A stretch of DNA of 64,000 nt from an uncultured delta proteobacterium (GCA_963767925.1 CAVYGB010000002.1:1728001-1792000), one strand, 5' to 3'; shown: positions 14,866 through 24,893, counted from the stretch's first letter. Translations and numbers: made by a program. Notes: generated by a model from the letters alone, not told the origin.

Positions 14866-15516
14866 TCAGGTGTGGGGCGAGGCGGCGAGGAGGGTCTCGA
14901 TGCGGGCCAGGTCTTCGGGGGTGTTGATGTTCTCGAGGCAGGCGAGGGTGGGGTCGGCGAGGCGGAGGGTGGGCTCGGGCAGCCAGTGGACCCGGACTTC
15001 GGCGAGCAGGCCCATGGTCCGGAGGCGGTCGTGCCGGAGGAGGTCTGCGATGGCCGGGGCGCAGCTCCGGTTGTAGCGGGCAAAGAGGGGCTCGGGCTGG
15101 CCACCGACCAGGGGCACGAGCGCCTGGGCGCTCGGGGCGGTGTCGCGCAGCAGATCGAGGGGCGGGCCGCTGAGGAGGGGCATGTCGGCGGCCAGGCAGA
15201 CGGCTCCTTCCTCCTCGGGCGTGAGCGCCGCCAGCACCGCATCGAGGCCGGCCAGCGGCCCCGAGCGACCCGGCACCCGATCGCGGAGCACGACAAGGTC
15301 AGCCGGCAGGTCCGACGCCGACCCCGGCCCGGCCTCCGGACCGAGGACCATCAGGATCCGCGAGAAGCGCCCGCGCAGCACCTCGAGCTGCCGGTCCAGG
15401 ACGCTCCGTCCGCCCACCCGCAGCCCCCGCTTGGCCACCCCGCCCATCCGTGTCCCGGCGCCCCCCGCCAGGATGGCCACCGCCACGCTCGCCCTGCGAT
15501 CGACCTCGCCCGCCAT
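14866..15516 (-). CDS. mobA: Molybdenum cofactor guanylyltransferase
   Basis: ILAGGAGTRMGGVAK, GPLAGL, AADMPLL, EPLFARY, NINTPEDL. Confidence 0.9.
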   Translation of the reverse strand: MAGEVDRRASVAVAILAGGAGTRMGGVAKRGLRVGGRSVLDRQLEVLRGRFSRILMVLGPEAGPGSASDLPADLVVLRDRVPGRSGPLAGLDAVLAALTPEEEGAVCLAADMPLLSGPPLDLLRDTAPSAQALVPLVGGQPEPLFARYNRSCAPAIADLLRHDRLRTMGLLAEVRVHWLPEPTLRLADPTLACLENINTPEDLARIETLLAASPHT

Positions 15517-15534
15517 GTTCTCCCCATTTGCCAG

Positions 15535-15721
15535 CGCGGAGGCCGAGGCTTCAAGTCCCCTGTGCCGGACGTCGGGCCAAGGCCGCTCTGGCGGCCGGGG
15601 AGGCTTCGAGTTCCTGGTGCACGCGGAGGCCTCGAGTCCGCTCTCGCGGACGTGGGCTCGAATCCGTTACCGCGGAGCCGAGGCTTCGAGTCCGATTCGC
15701 GGAGCCCGAGGTTCAAGCCCC
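15535..15721 (+). repeat. Degenerate direct-repeat cluster, approximate consensus CGCGGA-N-GAGGCTTCGAGTCC, six copies
   Basis: Copies start near 15535, 15597, 15622, 15645, 15671 and 15698, in the gap upstream of mobA. Confidence 0.6.
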
Positions 15722-15738
15722 TTCCGGCGGCGGGGGGG

Positions 15739-16194
15739 TCAGGCGCTGGCTCGGGGGGTGACGCGGGCGTCGCTTTCCAGGGCGGAGAGGGTGCCGTCGA
15801 GGAGCTTCAGGAAATATTCCCCGGTGCGGCGGAAAGGGGCTGCCTGGGCGTCTTCGGTGAAGGTGGAGGTGGGGCCGCCGGTGTGAAAGCTGTTGAGGAC
15901 GTCGCGTGGGATGACCTCGCCCAGGGTGGCGAGGTGGGCCAGGGCGCGGCGGCCGAGGGAGACCAGCAGATCGCGCCGGGTGCTGTCGGTGACGAAGCGG
16001 TCGAGGTCGGGCATGACGCCGTAGCCGAAGCCGGCCCGGGCCTGGGTGGCCCAGACGTCGCGAACCTCGTGCAGCCAGTCGGGAGGCTGGTCGAGCTTGT
16101 CGATCTCGTCGACCATCAGCGCCAGCCAGATCTCGATGTGGCAGTCGCTGGCCTCGAAGCCCTTGCCGCGAAAGTCGATGTACGTCGCGCCCAT
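15739..16194 (-). CDS. Hypothetical protein
   Basis: 151-aa ORF with ATG start and globular composition; no family recognised. Confidence 0.7.
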   Translation of the reverse strand: MGATYIDFRGKGFEASDCHIEIWLALMVDEIDKLDQPPDWLHEVRDVWATQARAGFGYGVMPDLDRFVTDSTRRDLLVSLGRRALAHLATLGEVIPRDVLNSFHTGGPTSTFTEDAQAAPFRRTGEYFLKLLDGTLSALESDARVTPRASA

Positions 16195-16413
16195 GGTGGT
16201 CGGCCCCTGTTCAGCTTACTGGTAGACCCGTGATCTTGGGGGTGGGTTGCGCCGCCGGGAGGCCGGTGCCGGGCTGGCGGAGCGCCCCGCGCGCAGCCGC
16301 TGGGCACATCGCAAGCCCCATGCCGGCCGCTGCCGGCGGGGACCCGGCTCCGGGCCCCCCTGGCCTGTGGCGCCCCCCTCGACACTGTGGCGCCGTCCGC
16401 CACAGGCCCGCGG

Positions 16414-17565
16414 TCAGAGGGCGCGGGTGGCGATCTCGGTCAGCTCGCCGTCTGTGAGGGGCAACGGGTTGCCCTTCATGCTGCTGGCGACCTTCGCCCG
16501 GGCGACGAGGGCCGGGATGGCGGCGGCGGCGAGGCCATGGCGGCCCAGTCCGACAACGCCCAGATCGCTCGCCAGGCCGCCCAGCCAGGCGACGGCGTCG
16601 GCCGGTTCGGGGTGCGGGCGCCCGGTGAAGCGGGCGGCCAGCTCCTGGAAGCGCGGCAGGCTCGGGTGATCGGGCGCCCGCTGCTGCAGGGCGCGCAGGT
16701 TGACCGCCATCGCCGGGGCCAGCAACGCCGCGCAGATCGCGCCGTGGGGCGCGCCGAGCATGCCCCCCGCCGGGGCGGCGAAGCCGTGCACGGCCCCCAG
16801 GCCCGCGTTGGCCAGGCAGAGCCCGCCCAGCAGGCTCGCCAGGGCCAGGTCCTCGCGTGCGCCCGCGTCGGCGCCCTCGAGCACCGCCCGCCGCAGCGAC
16901 CGCACCGACCTGTCGATCCCCTCGCGGGCCATGGCGTCGGTGACCGGGTTCGCCCGCCCGGAGATGAACGGCTCCACGAGCTGCGACAGGGCGTCGAGGC
17001 CGCTGGCGACGAGCACCTCCGCCGGCGCCCCCGCGAGCAGCTCCGGGTCGACGATGGCCGCCCTGGGCAACATGTGCGCGCTGCGGAGGCTGACCTTGAC
17101 CCCCTCGTCGCGGGCCAGCAGCACCGCGTTGCGCGTGACCTCGGAGCCGGTCCCGGCGGTGGTCGGGATGGCCACGAACGGCAGCGAGGGACGTTCGAGG
17201 GCCCGCCCGCGGCCGATGACCTCCAGATAGTCGAGGGGCTCGCCGCCGTTGGGAACCAGGGCGGCGATGGCCTTGCCCGCGTCGAGCGCGCTGCCGCCCC
17301 CGAAGGCCACCACCCCCTGGCAGCCGGCAGCGGCCGTCACTCCCGCCTGCGCCAGCTCGACCGTCGGCTCGCCCGGGACCGCCAGCTCGACCAGGTCCAC
17401 CCCGGCGGCGCGCAGGGCGCTGCGCAGCCGCTCGGCGCGGTCGACCCGGCGCCCGGTGACCAGCAATGCCCGGCGCACCCCCAGCCCCCGCACCACCTCC
17501 GCCGCTTGCGCCAGCACGCCGTTGCCGAAGATCACCCGGGTGGCGGTCGCGAACTCGAAGGCCAT
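16414..17565 (-). CDS. Iron-containing alcohol dehydrogenase
   Basis: Start at MAFEFATATRVIFG (17565). GGGSALDAGKA, IPTTAGTGSEVT, AIVDPEL, GLGAVHG, HGAIC. Confidence 0.93.
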   Translation of the reverse strand: MAFEFATATRVIFGNGVLAQAAEVVRGLGVRRALLVTGRRVDRAERLRSALRAAGVDLVELAVPGEPTVELAQAGVTAAAGCQGVVAFGGGSALDAGKAIAALVPNGGEPLDYLEVIGRGRALERPSLPFVAIPTTAGTGSEVTRNAVLLARDEGVKVSLRSAHMLPRAAIVDPELLAGAPAEVLVASGLDALSQLVEPFISGRANPVTDAMAREGIDRSVRSLRRAVLEGADAGAREDLALASLLGGLCLANAGLGAVHGFAAPAGGMLGAPHGAICAALLAPAMAVNLRALQQRAPDHPSLPRFQELAARFTGRPHPEPADAVAWLGGLASDLGVVGLGRHGLAAAAIPALVARAKVASSMKGNPLPLTDGELTEIATRAL

Positions 17566-17588
17566 GTCGTGCCTCTCTCTGTCGCTGC

Positions 17589-17906
17589 TCACCAGCCGCC
17601 GTCGTCGGGGTGCAGGTTCAAGTACTTCCGGCTGGTGCGCGGCGCCGCCATCATCGGCGCCACCGCGTCCCGCCAGGTCAGGTAGTGGGCCGTCTGCTTG
17701 TGGGCCAAGGGCGCCTCCGCCGAGCGGTAGGCCTCGCACAGCACGAAGCGCGTCGGATCCTCCCGGTCCTGGATCACGTCGAAGCGGGCGACGCCCGGCT
17801 CCTGCACGCTCGCGCGCGCGTTGGCCAGGGTGGCCTCGATGAAAGGAGCCACCTGCTCCGGCTTGACCTCGCAGTGCACCTGGACGACGAGCAACGTGTT
17901 CGGCAT
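17589..17906 (-). CDS. ABM-family (putative quinol monooxygenase / LsrG-like) protein
   Basis: [32 protein letters not shown]; alternative start at 17918. Confidence 0.88.
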   Translation of the reverse strand: MPNTLLVVQVHCEVKPEQVAPFIEATLANARASVQEPGVARFDVIQDREDPTRFVLCEAYRSAEAPLAHKQTAHYLTWRDAVAPMMAAPRTSRKYLNLHPDDGGW

Positions 17907-18052
17907 GGGCAAGCTCACCTGAGAAGAAAATGCGTTTGGCGCCGCGGACTGTCCGCGACCCTTCTACCTTGGCCTTCCCCCGCCCGGCCACCCCTGGGTC
18001 GGGGCGGCTGAAAGCTGCGCTGCGGACCTGGGCTCGGGTAGTGTCCCAGCCC

Positions 18053-19108
18053 ATGCCTTTCCGATACGGGGCCGCCGAGCTGATCGAATTTGCCGCCGCC
18101 TTGCTCGGGCGCGCGGGCCTCGACGCCGACAAGGCGCGCGCGACCGCCGAGATCCTCGTCGAGGGCGATCTGCTCGGCCACACGACGCACGGCCTGGCCT
18201 TGCTGGCCCCCTACCTGGACGACGTCGCCAAGGGCGCCATGACCCGCACCGGGGAGCCGACCGTTATCGCCGACTTTCCGGCGGCGGTCACCTGGGACGG
18301 CAACCGGCTGCCAGGGCCCTGGCTGGTGCGCCGGGCGCTGGAGCTGGCCTGCGAACGGGCCGGCCGCAACGGCACCTGCGTTGTGTCGGTCCGCCGCAGC
18401 CACCACATCGCCTGCCTGGGGGCGTACCTGAAACCGGTGGCCGATCGGGGGTTGATGGTGCTGCTGTCGTCGTCGGATCCGACTGCGCGCGGGGTGGCTC
18501 CCCACGGCGGCCGTACGCAGGTGATGACGCCCGATCCGATCGCGGCGGCCTGGCCAACCGGGGGCGAGCCCGTGATCCTCGATGTCTCGACTTCGATCAC
18601 CACCAACGGGATGACCAAGCGTCTGGCCGGCGAGGGGCGCAAGTTCCCCGGGGTGTGGGCGCTCGACGCGAGCGGCGTACCCACCGATGATCCGGCCCGG
18701 GTGTTCGGCCAGCCGGCGGGCGCGCTGCTGCCCCTCGGCGGGGTCGACCACGGCCACAAGGGGTTCGCCCTCGGTCTGCTCGTCGAGGCCCTCACGGGCG
18801 GGCTGGCCGGCTATGGCCGGGCCGATGCGCCGGCGGGCTGGGGGGCGACCGTGTTCGCGCAGGTGTTCGATCCCGCGCTGTTCGGCAGCCGGGAGGGGTT
18901 CGTGCGCCAGACCGAGCACCTGGCCGCCGCCTGCCGGGCGGTCCCGCCCCGCGAGGGGTTCGAGCGGGTGCGCCTGCCGGGAGAGGCCGGCCTTCGCCGC
19001 CGGGCCGAGCAGCTCGCTGGCGGGGTGGAGCTGTACCCGGCGATCCTCCAGTCGCTCGAGCCCTGGGCGGAGAAGCTCGGCGTGCCGCTCCCGATCTCGG
19101 CCCGGTGA
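18053..19108 (+). CDS. Ldh_2-family (malate/L-lactate dehydrogenase-like) oxidoreductase
   Basis: EGDLLGHTTHGL, SHHIACLG, DPIAAAWP, LLPLGG..HGHKGFAL, VRLPGE; start set at ATG 18053. Confidence 0.92.
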   Translation: MPFRYGAAELIEFAAALLGRAGLDADKARATAEILVEGDLLGHTTHGLALLAPYLDDVAKGAMTRTGEPTVIADFPAAVTWDGNRLPGPWLVRRALELACERAGRNGTCVVSVRRSHHIACLGAYLKPVADRGLMVLLSSSDPTARGVAPHGGRTQVMTPDPIAAAWPTGGEPVILDVSTSITTNGMTKRLAGEGRKFPGVWALDASGVPTDDPARVFGQPAGALLPLGGVDHGHKGFALGLLVEALTGGLAGYGRADAPAGWGATVFAQVFDPALFGSREGFVRQTEHLAAACRAVPPREGFERVRLPGEAGLRRRAEQLAGGVELYPAILQSLEPWAEKLGVPLPISAR

Positions 19109-19187
19109 TTGCTCGATCGGGGCGGGTTCCTTGCAACGGGCGGCCGGCCCGGGAGCTGGCCTCCGCCGGCGCGGTGGTCCGGCGCGC

Positions 19188-19889
19188 TCACAGACCGCGG
19201 AGGTGTTCGAGCAGCGCGGGCTCGGTCCGGGCGTTGGTGAAGGTGGGCGGGCGGGCGCTCCAGGCGGGCGCCAGGGCGGGATGGGCGCGCAGGCGATCGG
19301 CCAGGGCGCTCAACCGGGGCAGGCGGGCGCGGAGGGCGGGCTCGCGCGCCTCCCCGAAGACGTAGCGCAGGGCCTCGACCGCCTCGCCGGCGAAGAAGTC
19401 GGCGAAGGTGGGGGCCGGTCGCGAGGGGGTGAACCAGGCGCTGCCTCCGGGCGCGCTCGCTTCGAGGCGGCCCAGCTTCTCGAGCATGCGGGCCAGGTGG
19501 GCCGGGAAGGCCTGCGCGACGTCGCAGCCCGGGTAGAGCCGATCGGCCCAGAACAGCTCCATCAGCCGGACCAGCACCTCGAGGTAACAGCCCGACGAGA
19601 TGGTCTCGATGCGGGCGATGGCGTCCCCGTCGAGGCCGTCGTGGTGACCGAGGCGCCGCCCCAGGTACGAGGCGATGGCCAGCGTCTCGCCGACGGTGTG
19701 GGCTCCCCAGGTCAAGGTCGGCAGCCCCCCGAGGAGCCCACCGACCGCGGGGTTCTCCTGCTCCTCGGCCCACTCGACCGGGCTGACGTGTTTGTCGACG
19801 AAGGGGACGCCCGCCTCGTGGAGGGCGTGCCGGATCGCCTGGGCCCGTCCCACGATGGGAAAGTAACGGAGGATCGGCGCCTCGGACAT
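19188..19889 (-). CDS. Glutathione S-transferase family protein
   Basis: LRYFPIVGRAQAIR, GGLPTL, ETLAIASYLGR, PTFADF; start could be 19904. Confidence 0.85.
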   Translation of the reverse strand: MSEAPILRYFPIVGRAQAIRHALHEAGVPFVDKHVSPVEWAEEQENPAVGGLLGGLPTLTWGAHTVGETLAIASYLGRRLGHHDGLDGDAIARIETISSGCYLEVLVRLMELFWADRLYPGCDVAQAFPAHLARMLEKLGRLEASAPGGSAWFTPSRPAPTFADFFAGEAVEALRYVFGEAREPALRARLPRLSALADRLRAHPALAPAWSARPPTFTNARTEPALLEHLRGL

Positions 19890-20111
19890 GGCCGCGGCGA
19901 CCATGCCACCGGACCGCTGACCCGTCGACACCTTGTCGCGAGGCCCACCCCGCGACCCACCAATCCTGGGCGCAAAGCTGACGGCCAGGATGGACGCCCA
20001 TCCCGATCCGAGAGTTCTGAAGGCCGTGGTCCGGCTGTCTTCGGCCGCCAGCCAGCTTTCACTCCCTGTCGATCGTGCTCTTCGCCCGTGCTCTTCGCGG
20101 GGGCGGGGCGG

Positions 20112-20627
20112 TCAGGGGTCCAGGACGCCGACCGGGGTGGAGGCGCTCTCGGTGGTGCCGTCGCCGAGCTGGCCAATCGAGTTGTCGCCCCAGCAGAGGA
20201 CCGATCCGCCGGCCACCAGCGCGCAGGTGTGCCACGCGCCCGGCGCCACCGCGGCGACGTTCAGGAGCAGGCAGGACTCACAGGCCCGGGCTGCATCCAC
20301 CGGGGCCGGAGCGTTCGCATCGGCCTGGTTCGCGGCGGCGTCGGGCGTCGGGGTCGGCCGGTCAGCCGAGGCGTCGCGACCGGAGGGCGGCACCGCCCCG
20401 ATCGAGGCGCCATCCGCCTGCCCCCCGTCGATCTCGTCCTGGCAGCTCCCGAGCGCCCCCAGGAGGCCCAGCAGGGCGCTGCCCCCGCAGCCGCGGCGAA
20501 TCGCTCCGTGACCGCGCTGACGACAGGGGCACGCTAGGACAACTGCGGCGCCGCTGTCGACAGCGACCTTCGTCCCGGCGCGACCGCGGTGTACGGCGTT
20601 CCCGCAGCCGTCCGGGATCCATCGCAC
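20112..20627 (-). CDS. Short lipoprotein-like protein with a single RCC1 repeat (start uncertain, possibly truncated)
   Basis: ALLGLLGALGSC signal-like segment; RCC1 repeat GAWHTCALVAGGSVLCWGDNSIGQLGDGT. Confidence 0.6.
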   Translation of the reverse strand: MRWIPDGCGNAVHRGRAGTKVAVDSGAAVVLACPCRQRGHGAIRRGCGGSALLGLLGALGSCQDEIDGGQADGASIGAVPPSGRDASADRPTPTPDAAANQADANAPAPVDAARACESCLLLNVAAVAPGAWHTCALVAGGSVLCWGDNSIGQLGDGTTESASTPVGVLDP

Positions 20628-20707
20628 GAATTAATAATGACTCTACGATACATACCGGATTGACTTGTCGGCGCCGAGGCGGCCATCGTGGGCGCAGGAG
20701 GACTGAC

Positions 20708-21628
20708 ATGAAGCGACTTTCGACTGGAGGACTTGCTGTGATCTCGGCGGCGGTGGCGCTGCTCTCGGCGGCGCCGTCGTTCGGCGACGGGGTCGAGCGG
20801 AGCCGGGGACAGCTTCTGGAGGTGATCGTTCTGGACCACAACCAGCTCTTCAAACACGACGTGAACCTGAACCGCGTCGACACCGACACCTACCCGGCCG
20901 AGTTGCGCTTTCCCACCTACCGATCCGATGCCCGCTTTTATCGGATCGACGAGGACATCATGCGGATCGGGAACGGGACCGACGACGCCCTGACCTTCTT
21001 CGCGAGCATCGCGCGGCCGGGCGACGTCCCCGGGCTGATTCCGTCCAGTCTCGCGAGCTGCGGGCAGCGGGTCTGTGCGCTGTTGCTGTCGGAGGCCATC
21101 GGCTGCCGGGGCAACATGGTGGTGGGGGGCTATGCCGAGGGAAGCACGCCCATCTTCAGCGGCGCGATCGCCGAGGACGGCTTCTGCCCGAAGGACATGA
21201 TCCCGCGCGGGACCGACGTGGTCGTCCTCTCGCAGGCCCCGTTCGTCAACGAGCGGGCCCGCCAGACCTTCTTCCGGATCTTCAATCAGAACCTGGTGCT
21301 GACCCAGGTGTTCCAGGGACCGACGCTCGAGTTCCTCGCCCAGGCCATCTCCGCCAACTGGGACGACACCGGCTCGGCCTTCGTGCTCGACACGAACTTC
21401 GGGGGCTTCAACCGCGTCCTCAAGGTGAGCCTGTCGAACGGGCAGATCATCGCCTTCTCCCAGAACCGGGCCAATCCGGTCCCCTTCGCCACCCGGGACA
21501 TCACCCACTTCCCGGCCGGCAACGAGGTGGTGGTCTCCAGCCAGAACACGGGCACCCGGCAGTACCGGCTGACCGCCTACAACGAGTCGACGCTGGCCTT
21601 CACCCGCGAGCGCGTCTTCAGTTACTGA
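20708..21628 (+). CDS. Secreted hypothetical protein
   Basis: RBS AGGAGGA then ATG 20708; signal peptide MKRLSTGGLAVISAAVALLSAAPSFG; strong GC3 bias. Confidence 0.85.
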   Translation: MKRLSTGGLAVISAAVALLSAAPSFGDGVERSRGQLLEVIVLDHNQLFKHDVNLNRVDTDTYPAELRFPTYRSDARFYRIDEDIMRIGNGTDDALTFFASIARPGDVPGLIPSSLASCGQRVCALLLSEAIGCRGNMVVGGYAEGSTPIFSGAIAEDGFCPKDMIPRGTDVVVLSQAPFVNERARQTFFRIFNQNLVLTQVFQGPTLEFLAQAISANWDDTGSAFVLDTNFGGFNRVLKVSLSNGQIIAFSQNRANPVPFATRDITHFPAGNEVVVSSQNTGTRQYRLTAYNESTLAFTRERVFSY

Positions 21629-21834
21629 CCGCGGGCGCACCGGGCCTGCCGCGATTTGCGACACCCTGAGTCCAGCGCGGGGGCCCGGCGCGTCAGAGTG
21701 GCAGCGTGGGGCAGTGCGACACGGTTCGGGCGGGGTGGCGAGATGTGGGCGTAAAAGTTTCGCTGGGGTCGCGGTGGAGAGACCACTGTGCGCCGCAAGA
21801 GGCCACTACCCTGACGATCGGACGGGTGAATCGG

Positions 21835-23577
21835 ATGGCTGTGACCAATAGACGCGTTGCTTTGTCTCGTTATCTGCCTCTGGCGCTCATCTTCTTGCCC
21901 ATCGCGTGTGTGGGTGAGGTGGGCAAGACGTCCGACGTGCCGGGTGCGCCCGGAGCGCCGGGCGGGCCGGCCGTTCCTGGCGCCGCGCCGGGCACACCGG
22001 TCGTCCCGGGGAGTCCCGTGGGCTCGCCCGGTGGGCCGGCGGCTGGACCGGCCGCCCCGGCCGATTGCGCGCGACCGACGCTCGGGCCCTCGCCCGTGCG
22101 GCGGCTGACCCACATCGAATACAACAACGCAGTCGCGGATCTGCTGGGCGACCGCTCGCAGCCGGCCAACGCGTTCCCGGACGACATCCAGGTGGGGTTG
22201 TTCAGGAATACCGCGACGGTGCAGTCGGTGCCTCCGCTGCTGGCCGAGGGCTACCTCAACAGCGCCGCGCAGCTCGCCGGGCGGGTCAACGTCGGCACCC
22301 TGGTCGGGTGTGACGCTGCTACCGCGGGCTGTGCCGCCGACTTCATCCAGCGCTTCGGCCGGCGGGCTTTTCGCCGCCCACTGAAGCCGGACGAGGGGCA
22401 GCGGCTGCAGCAGGTCTTCGAGAACGCCCGGACCAAGGCGGACCCCCAGACGGCGGTGCGGGCCGTGGTGGCGGCCGTCCTGGTGGCGCCACAGTTCCTG
22501 TACCACCTCGAGGTCGGCGAGCAGGACTCGGCGACCCCGGGGGTCAAGAAGCTCGGGTCGTTCGAAGTGGCGGCTCGGCTGGGCTCCCTGCTGTGGGCGT
22601 CCTTGCCGGACAACGAGCTGCTGGACGTTGCGGCGGCGGGCGGTCTCGCGACGCGCGAGCAGGTGCTGCTGCAGGCCCAGCGGATGTTGAAGGATCCGCG
22701 CGCCCGGGCGGCGGCCGGCGGCTTTTACGAGCAGTGGTTCGGCGTGGACGAGCTCGAGAACGCGAGCAAAGACACCCAGCTCTTCCCCCAGTTCAACGCC
22801 GAGCTGCGCAATGCCATGCGGGAGGAGTCCGCCCGCTTCGTCAGCCACGTCATCTGGGAGGGCGACGGCAAGCTCTCTTCGCTGCTCTCGGCGCCCTACT
22901 CCTTCGTCGACGCCCGGCTGGCGGCGATGTACGGCGTCCCGGCCCCCGGCGGGCAGGGGTTCCAGAAGGTCTCGCTCGATCCGGCGGTGCGCGCAGGGAT
23001 CGTGACGCAAGCGAGCCTGCTGACGGCCTTTTCCCCGGCGGTCGACACCTCGCCCTTCAAGCGCGGGGCCTGGGTGCGCACGCGCATCCTCTGCCAGGAG
23101 CTGCCGATTCCCCCCAACGACATCCCGGAGCTCCCTCCGGTCAAGGAGGGAGTCTCCAACCGGCAGCGCGCGGAGCAACACACCAGCGCTCCGGCCTGCA
23201 GCACCTGCCACAAGCTGATCGATGGCCTGGGCTTCGGCTTCGAGCAGTACGACGTGCTCGGTCGGGTGCGGACCATGGATCGGGGGCTGCCGGTCGATTC
23301 GAGCGGCGAGGTGACCCACACCAGCGACATCGACGGCAAGTTCAACGGTGGCGCGGAGCTGGCCCGGTTGCTCGCGCGCAGCGAGCAGGTGCGGGACTGC
23401 GCGCCGACCCAGATGCTGCGCTACGCCCTCGCTCGGCCCGAGACGCCGGAGGACGCCTGCTCGCTCCAGCAGCTCAAGAGCTCGTTTGCCGCGTCGGACG
23501 GCAACGTCAGGGACCTGCTGCTCGCGCTGACCCAGACCGACGCGTTTCTCCACTACCGGAGGCCCGAGGGACCGTGA
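21835..23577 (+). CDS. DUF1592/DUF1588/DUF1585-type lipoprotein
   Basis: LIFLPIAC lipobox; RRLTHIEYNNAVADLLG; FGRRAFRRPL; PQFLY; TSPFKRG; CSTCHKLIDGLGFGFEQYD. Start uncertain. Confidence 0.9.
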   Translation: MAVTNRRVALSRYLPLALIFLPIACVGEVGKTSDVPGAPGAPGGPAVPGAAPGTPVVPGSPVGSPGGPAAGPAAPADCARPTLGPSPVRRLTHIEYNNAVADLLGDRSQPANAFPDDIQVGLFRNTATVQSVPPLLAEGYLNSAAQLAGRVNVGTLVGCDAATAGCAADFIQRFGRRAFRRPLKPDEGQRLQQVFENARTKADPQTAVRAVVAAVLVAPQFLYHLEVGEQDSATPGVKKLGSFEVAARLGSLLWASLPDNELLDVAAAGGLATREQVLLQAQRMLKDPRARAAAGGFYEQWFGVDELENASKDTQLFPQFNAELRNAMREESARFVSHVIWEGDGKLSSLLSAPYSFVDARLAAMYGVPAPGGQGFQKVSLDPAVRAGIVTQASLLTAFSPAVDTSPFKRGAWVRTRILCQELPIPPNDIPELPPVKEGVSNRQRAEQHTSAPACSTCHKLIDGLGFGFEQYDVLGRVRTMDRGLPVDSSGEVTHTSDIDGKFNGGAELARLLARSEQVRDCAPTQMLRYALARPETPEDACSLQQLKSSFAASDGNVRDLLLALTQTDAFLHYRRPEGP

Positions 23578-24893
23578 AACCTGCAAACAGCAAACCCTGG
23601 TTCTGTTCGCGCCGCGCGCTCCTGGGCGGCCTGGGCGCCGTCGGGTTCAACCACCTGTTGCCCGGATCGGCCCAGGCCCAGGCACCGGTCGGCCCGCGCA
23701 AGCGTTTCGTCGTGGTCTACGTGCCCGAAGGCATGTGGGCGGGCGCGGATCGGCCCGCCGCGGGGGCCGCCACGCTGGGCTCGATCTTCGGTCCGATGGA
23801 CCCCTTTCGCTCGAAGATCACCGCCCTCGACGGGATCGATCTGGCCACCGCGATCAGCGATCGTCCTGGCGTCGACGAGCACCACCGGCTGCCGCACCTG
23901 CTGACCTGCACCAAGATGCTCGATGGCCGCACCGGCGGTGGGCCGTCCATCGACCAGAAGATCGCGCAGGTGATCGGGGGCAACAGCACCTTTCAGTCGC
24001 TCCAGTTCGGCGTGCAGATCGTCTACAAGGACGGCTCGGGTCGACCGATCTGGAAGGGACGGGGCGAACAGCTCCCGGCCATGGAGGATCCCTGGCTGGC
24101 CTACGACCGGATCTTCGGCGGTCAGATGGGGCAGCCGGCCCAGCCCGGGCAGACCCCGCCAGCGTTCGACCTGCGCAAGAGCGCGCTCGACTACTCGCTG
24201 GCCGAGATCGCGAGCCTTCAGGCCCGCCTGCCGGCCAGCGATCGAACCCGGGTGGAGTCCTACCAGTCGTCGTTGCGCGACATCGAGCGCCGGCTGCAGG
24301 GGCTACAAGGGGGCGTGGAGCAAGGGGGCGGAGGCGCCTGCACGCCGCCCAAGCTGGGGGCGCCGACGGACATCAAGGCCAAGGCGAACTTCCCGGCGAT
24401 CTCGCAGCTCCAGATCGACCTGCTGGTGACCGCGCTCCAGTGTGGCACCACCAACGTGGCCAGCCTGCAATACGGCAACTCGGTCGACCAGTGCACCTAC
24501 CCCTGGCTGGGGGTGCGCCGGACCGGGCACGACCTGTCCCACGGCAGCTCGCGGACCGAACAGCAGAAGGTCTACCGCTGGTACTCCGAGCAGTTCGCCT
24601 ATCTCCTCGGCAAGCTGCAGGCGGTGCCGGAAGGCGACGGCACCATGCTCGACAACACGGTTGTGCTCTGGGTGTCCGAGTTCGGAAACAGCTCGTCGCA
24701 CAGCCTGAAGAACCTGATGTGGTTCGTGATGGGCAACGTCGGCGGCTTCCTCCGCCAGGGTCAGGTGCTCAAGCTCCCCGGCCGTTCGGTGAGTGATCTG
24801 CACGTCACCCTGGCCCACGCCTTCGGGATCCCGGACGCGACCTTCGGCGACCCCGCCTTCTGCACCGGTCCAATCGCCCCGCTCATCGCCTGA
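23574..24893 (+). CDS. DUF1552-family protein with Tat signal
   Basis: GTG overlaps the upstream stop (GTGA); SRRALLGG; GPSIDQKIA; KSALD; HDLSH; EGDGTMLDNTVVLWVSEFG. Confidence 0.9.
   Translation: MKPANSKPWFCSRRALLGGLGAVGFNHLLPGSAQAQAPVGPRKRFVVVYVPEGMWAGADRPAAGAATLGSIFGPMDPFRSKITALDGIDLATAISDRPGVDEHHRLPHLLTCTKMLDGRTGGGPSIDQKIAQVIGGNSTFQSLQFGVQIVYKDGSGRPIWKGRGEQLPAMEDPWLAYDRIFGGQMGQPAQPGQTPPAFDLRKSALDYSLAEIASLQARLPASDRTRVESYQSSLRDIERRLQGLQGGVEQGGGGACTPPKLGAPTDIKAKANFPAISQLQIDLLVTALQCGTTNVASLQYGNSVDQCTYPWLGVRRTGHDLSHGSSRTEQQKVYRWYSEQFAYLLGKLQAVPEGDGTMLDNTVVLWVSEFGNSSSHSLKNLMWFVMGNVGGFLRQGQVLKLPGRSVSDLHVTLAHAFGIPDATFGDPAFCTGPIAPLIA

Noticed and set aside
15535..15721. CRISPR array or tRNA cluster
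   Set aside because: Repeats are degenerate and irregularly spaced, with no spacer-length unique sequences, cas genes or cloverleaf.
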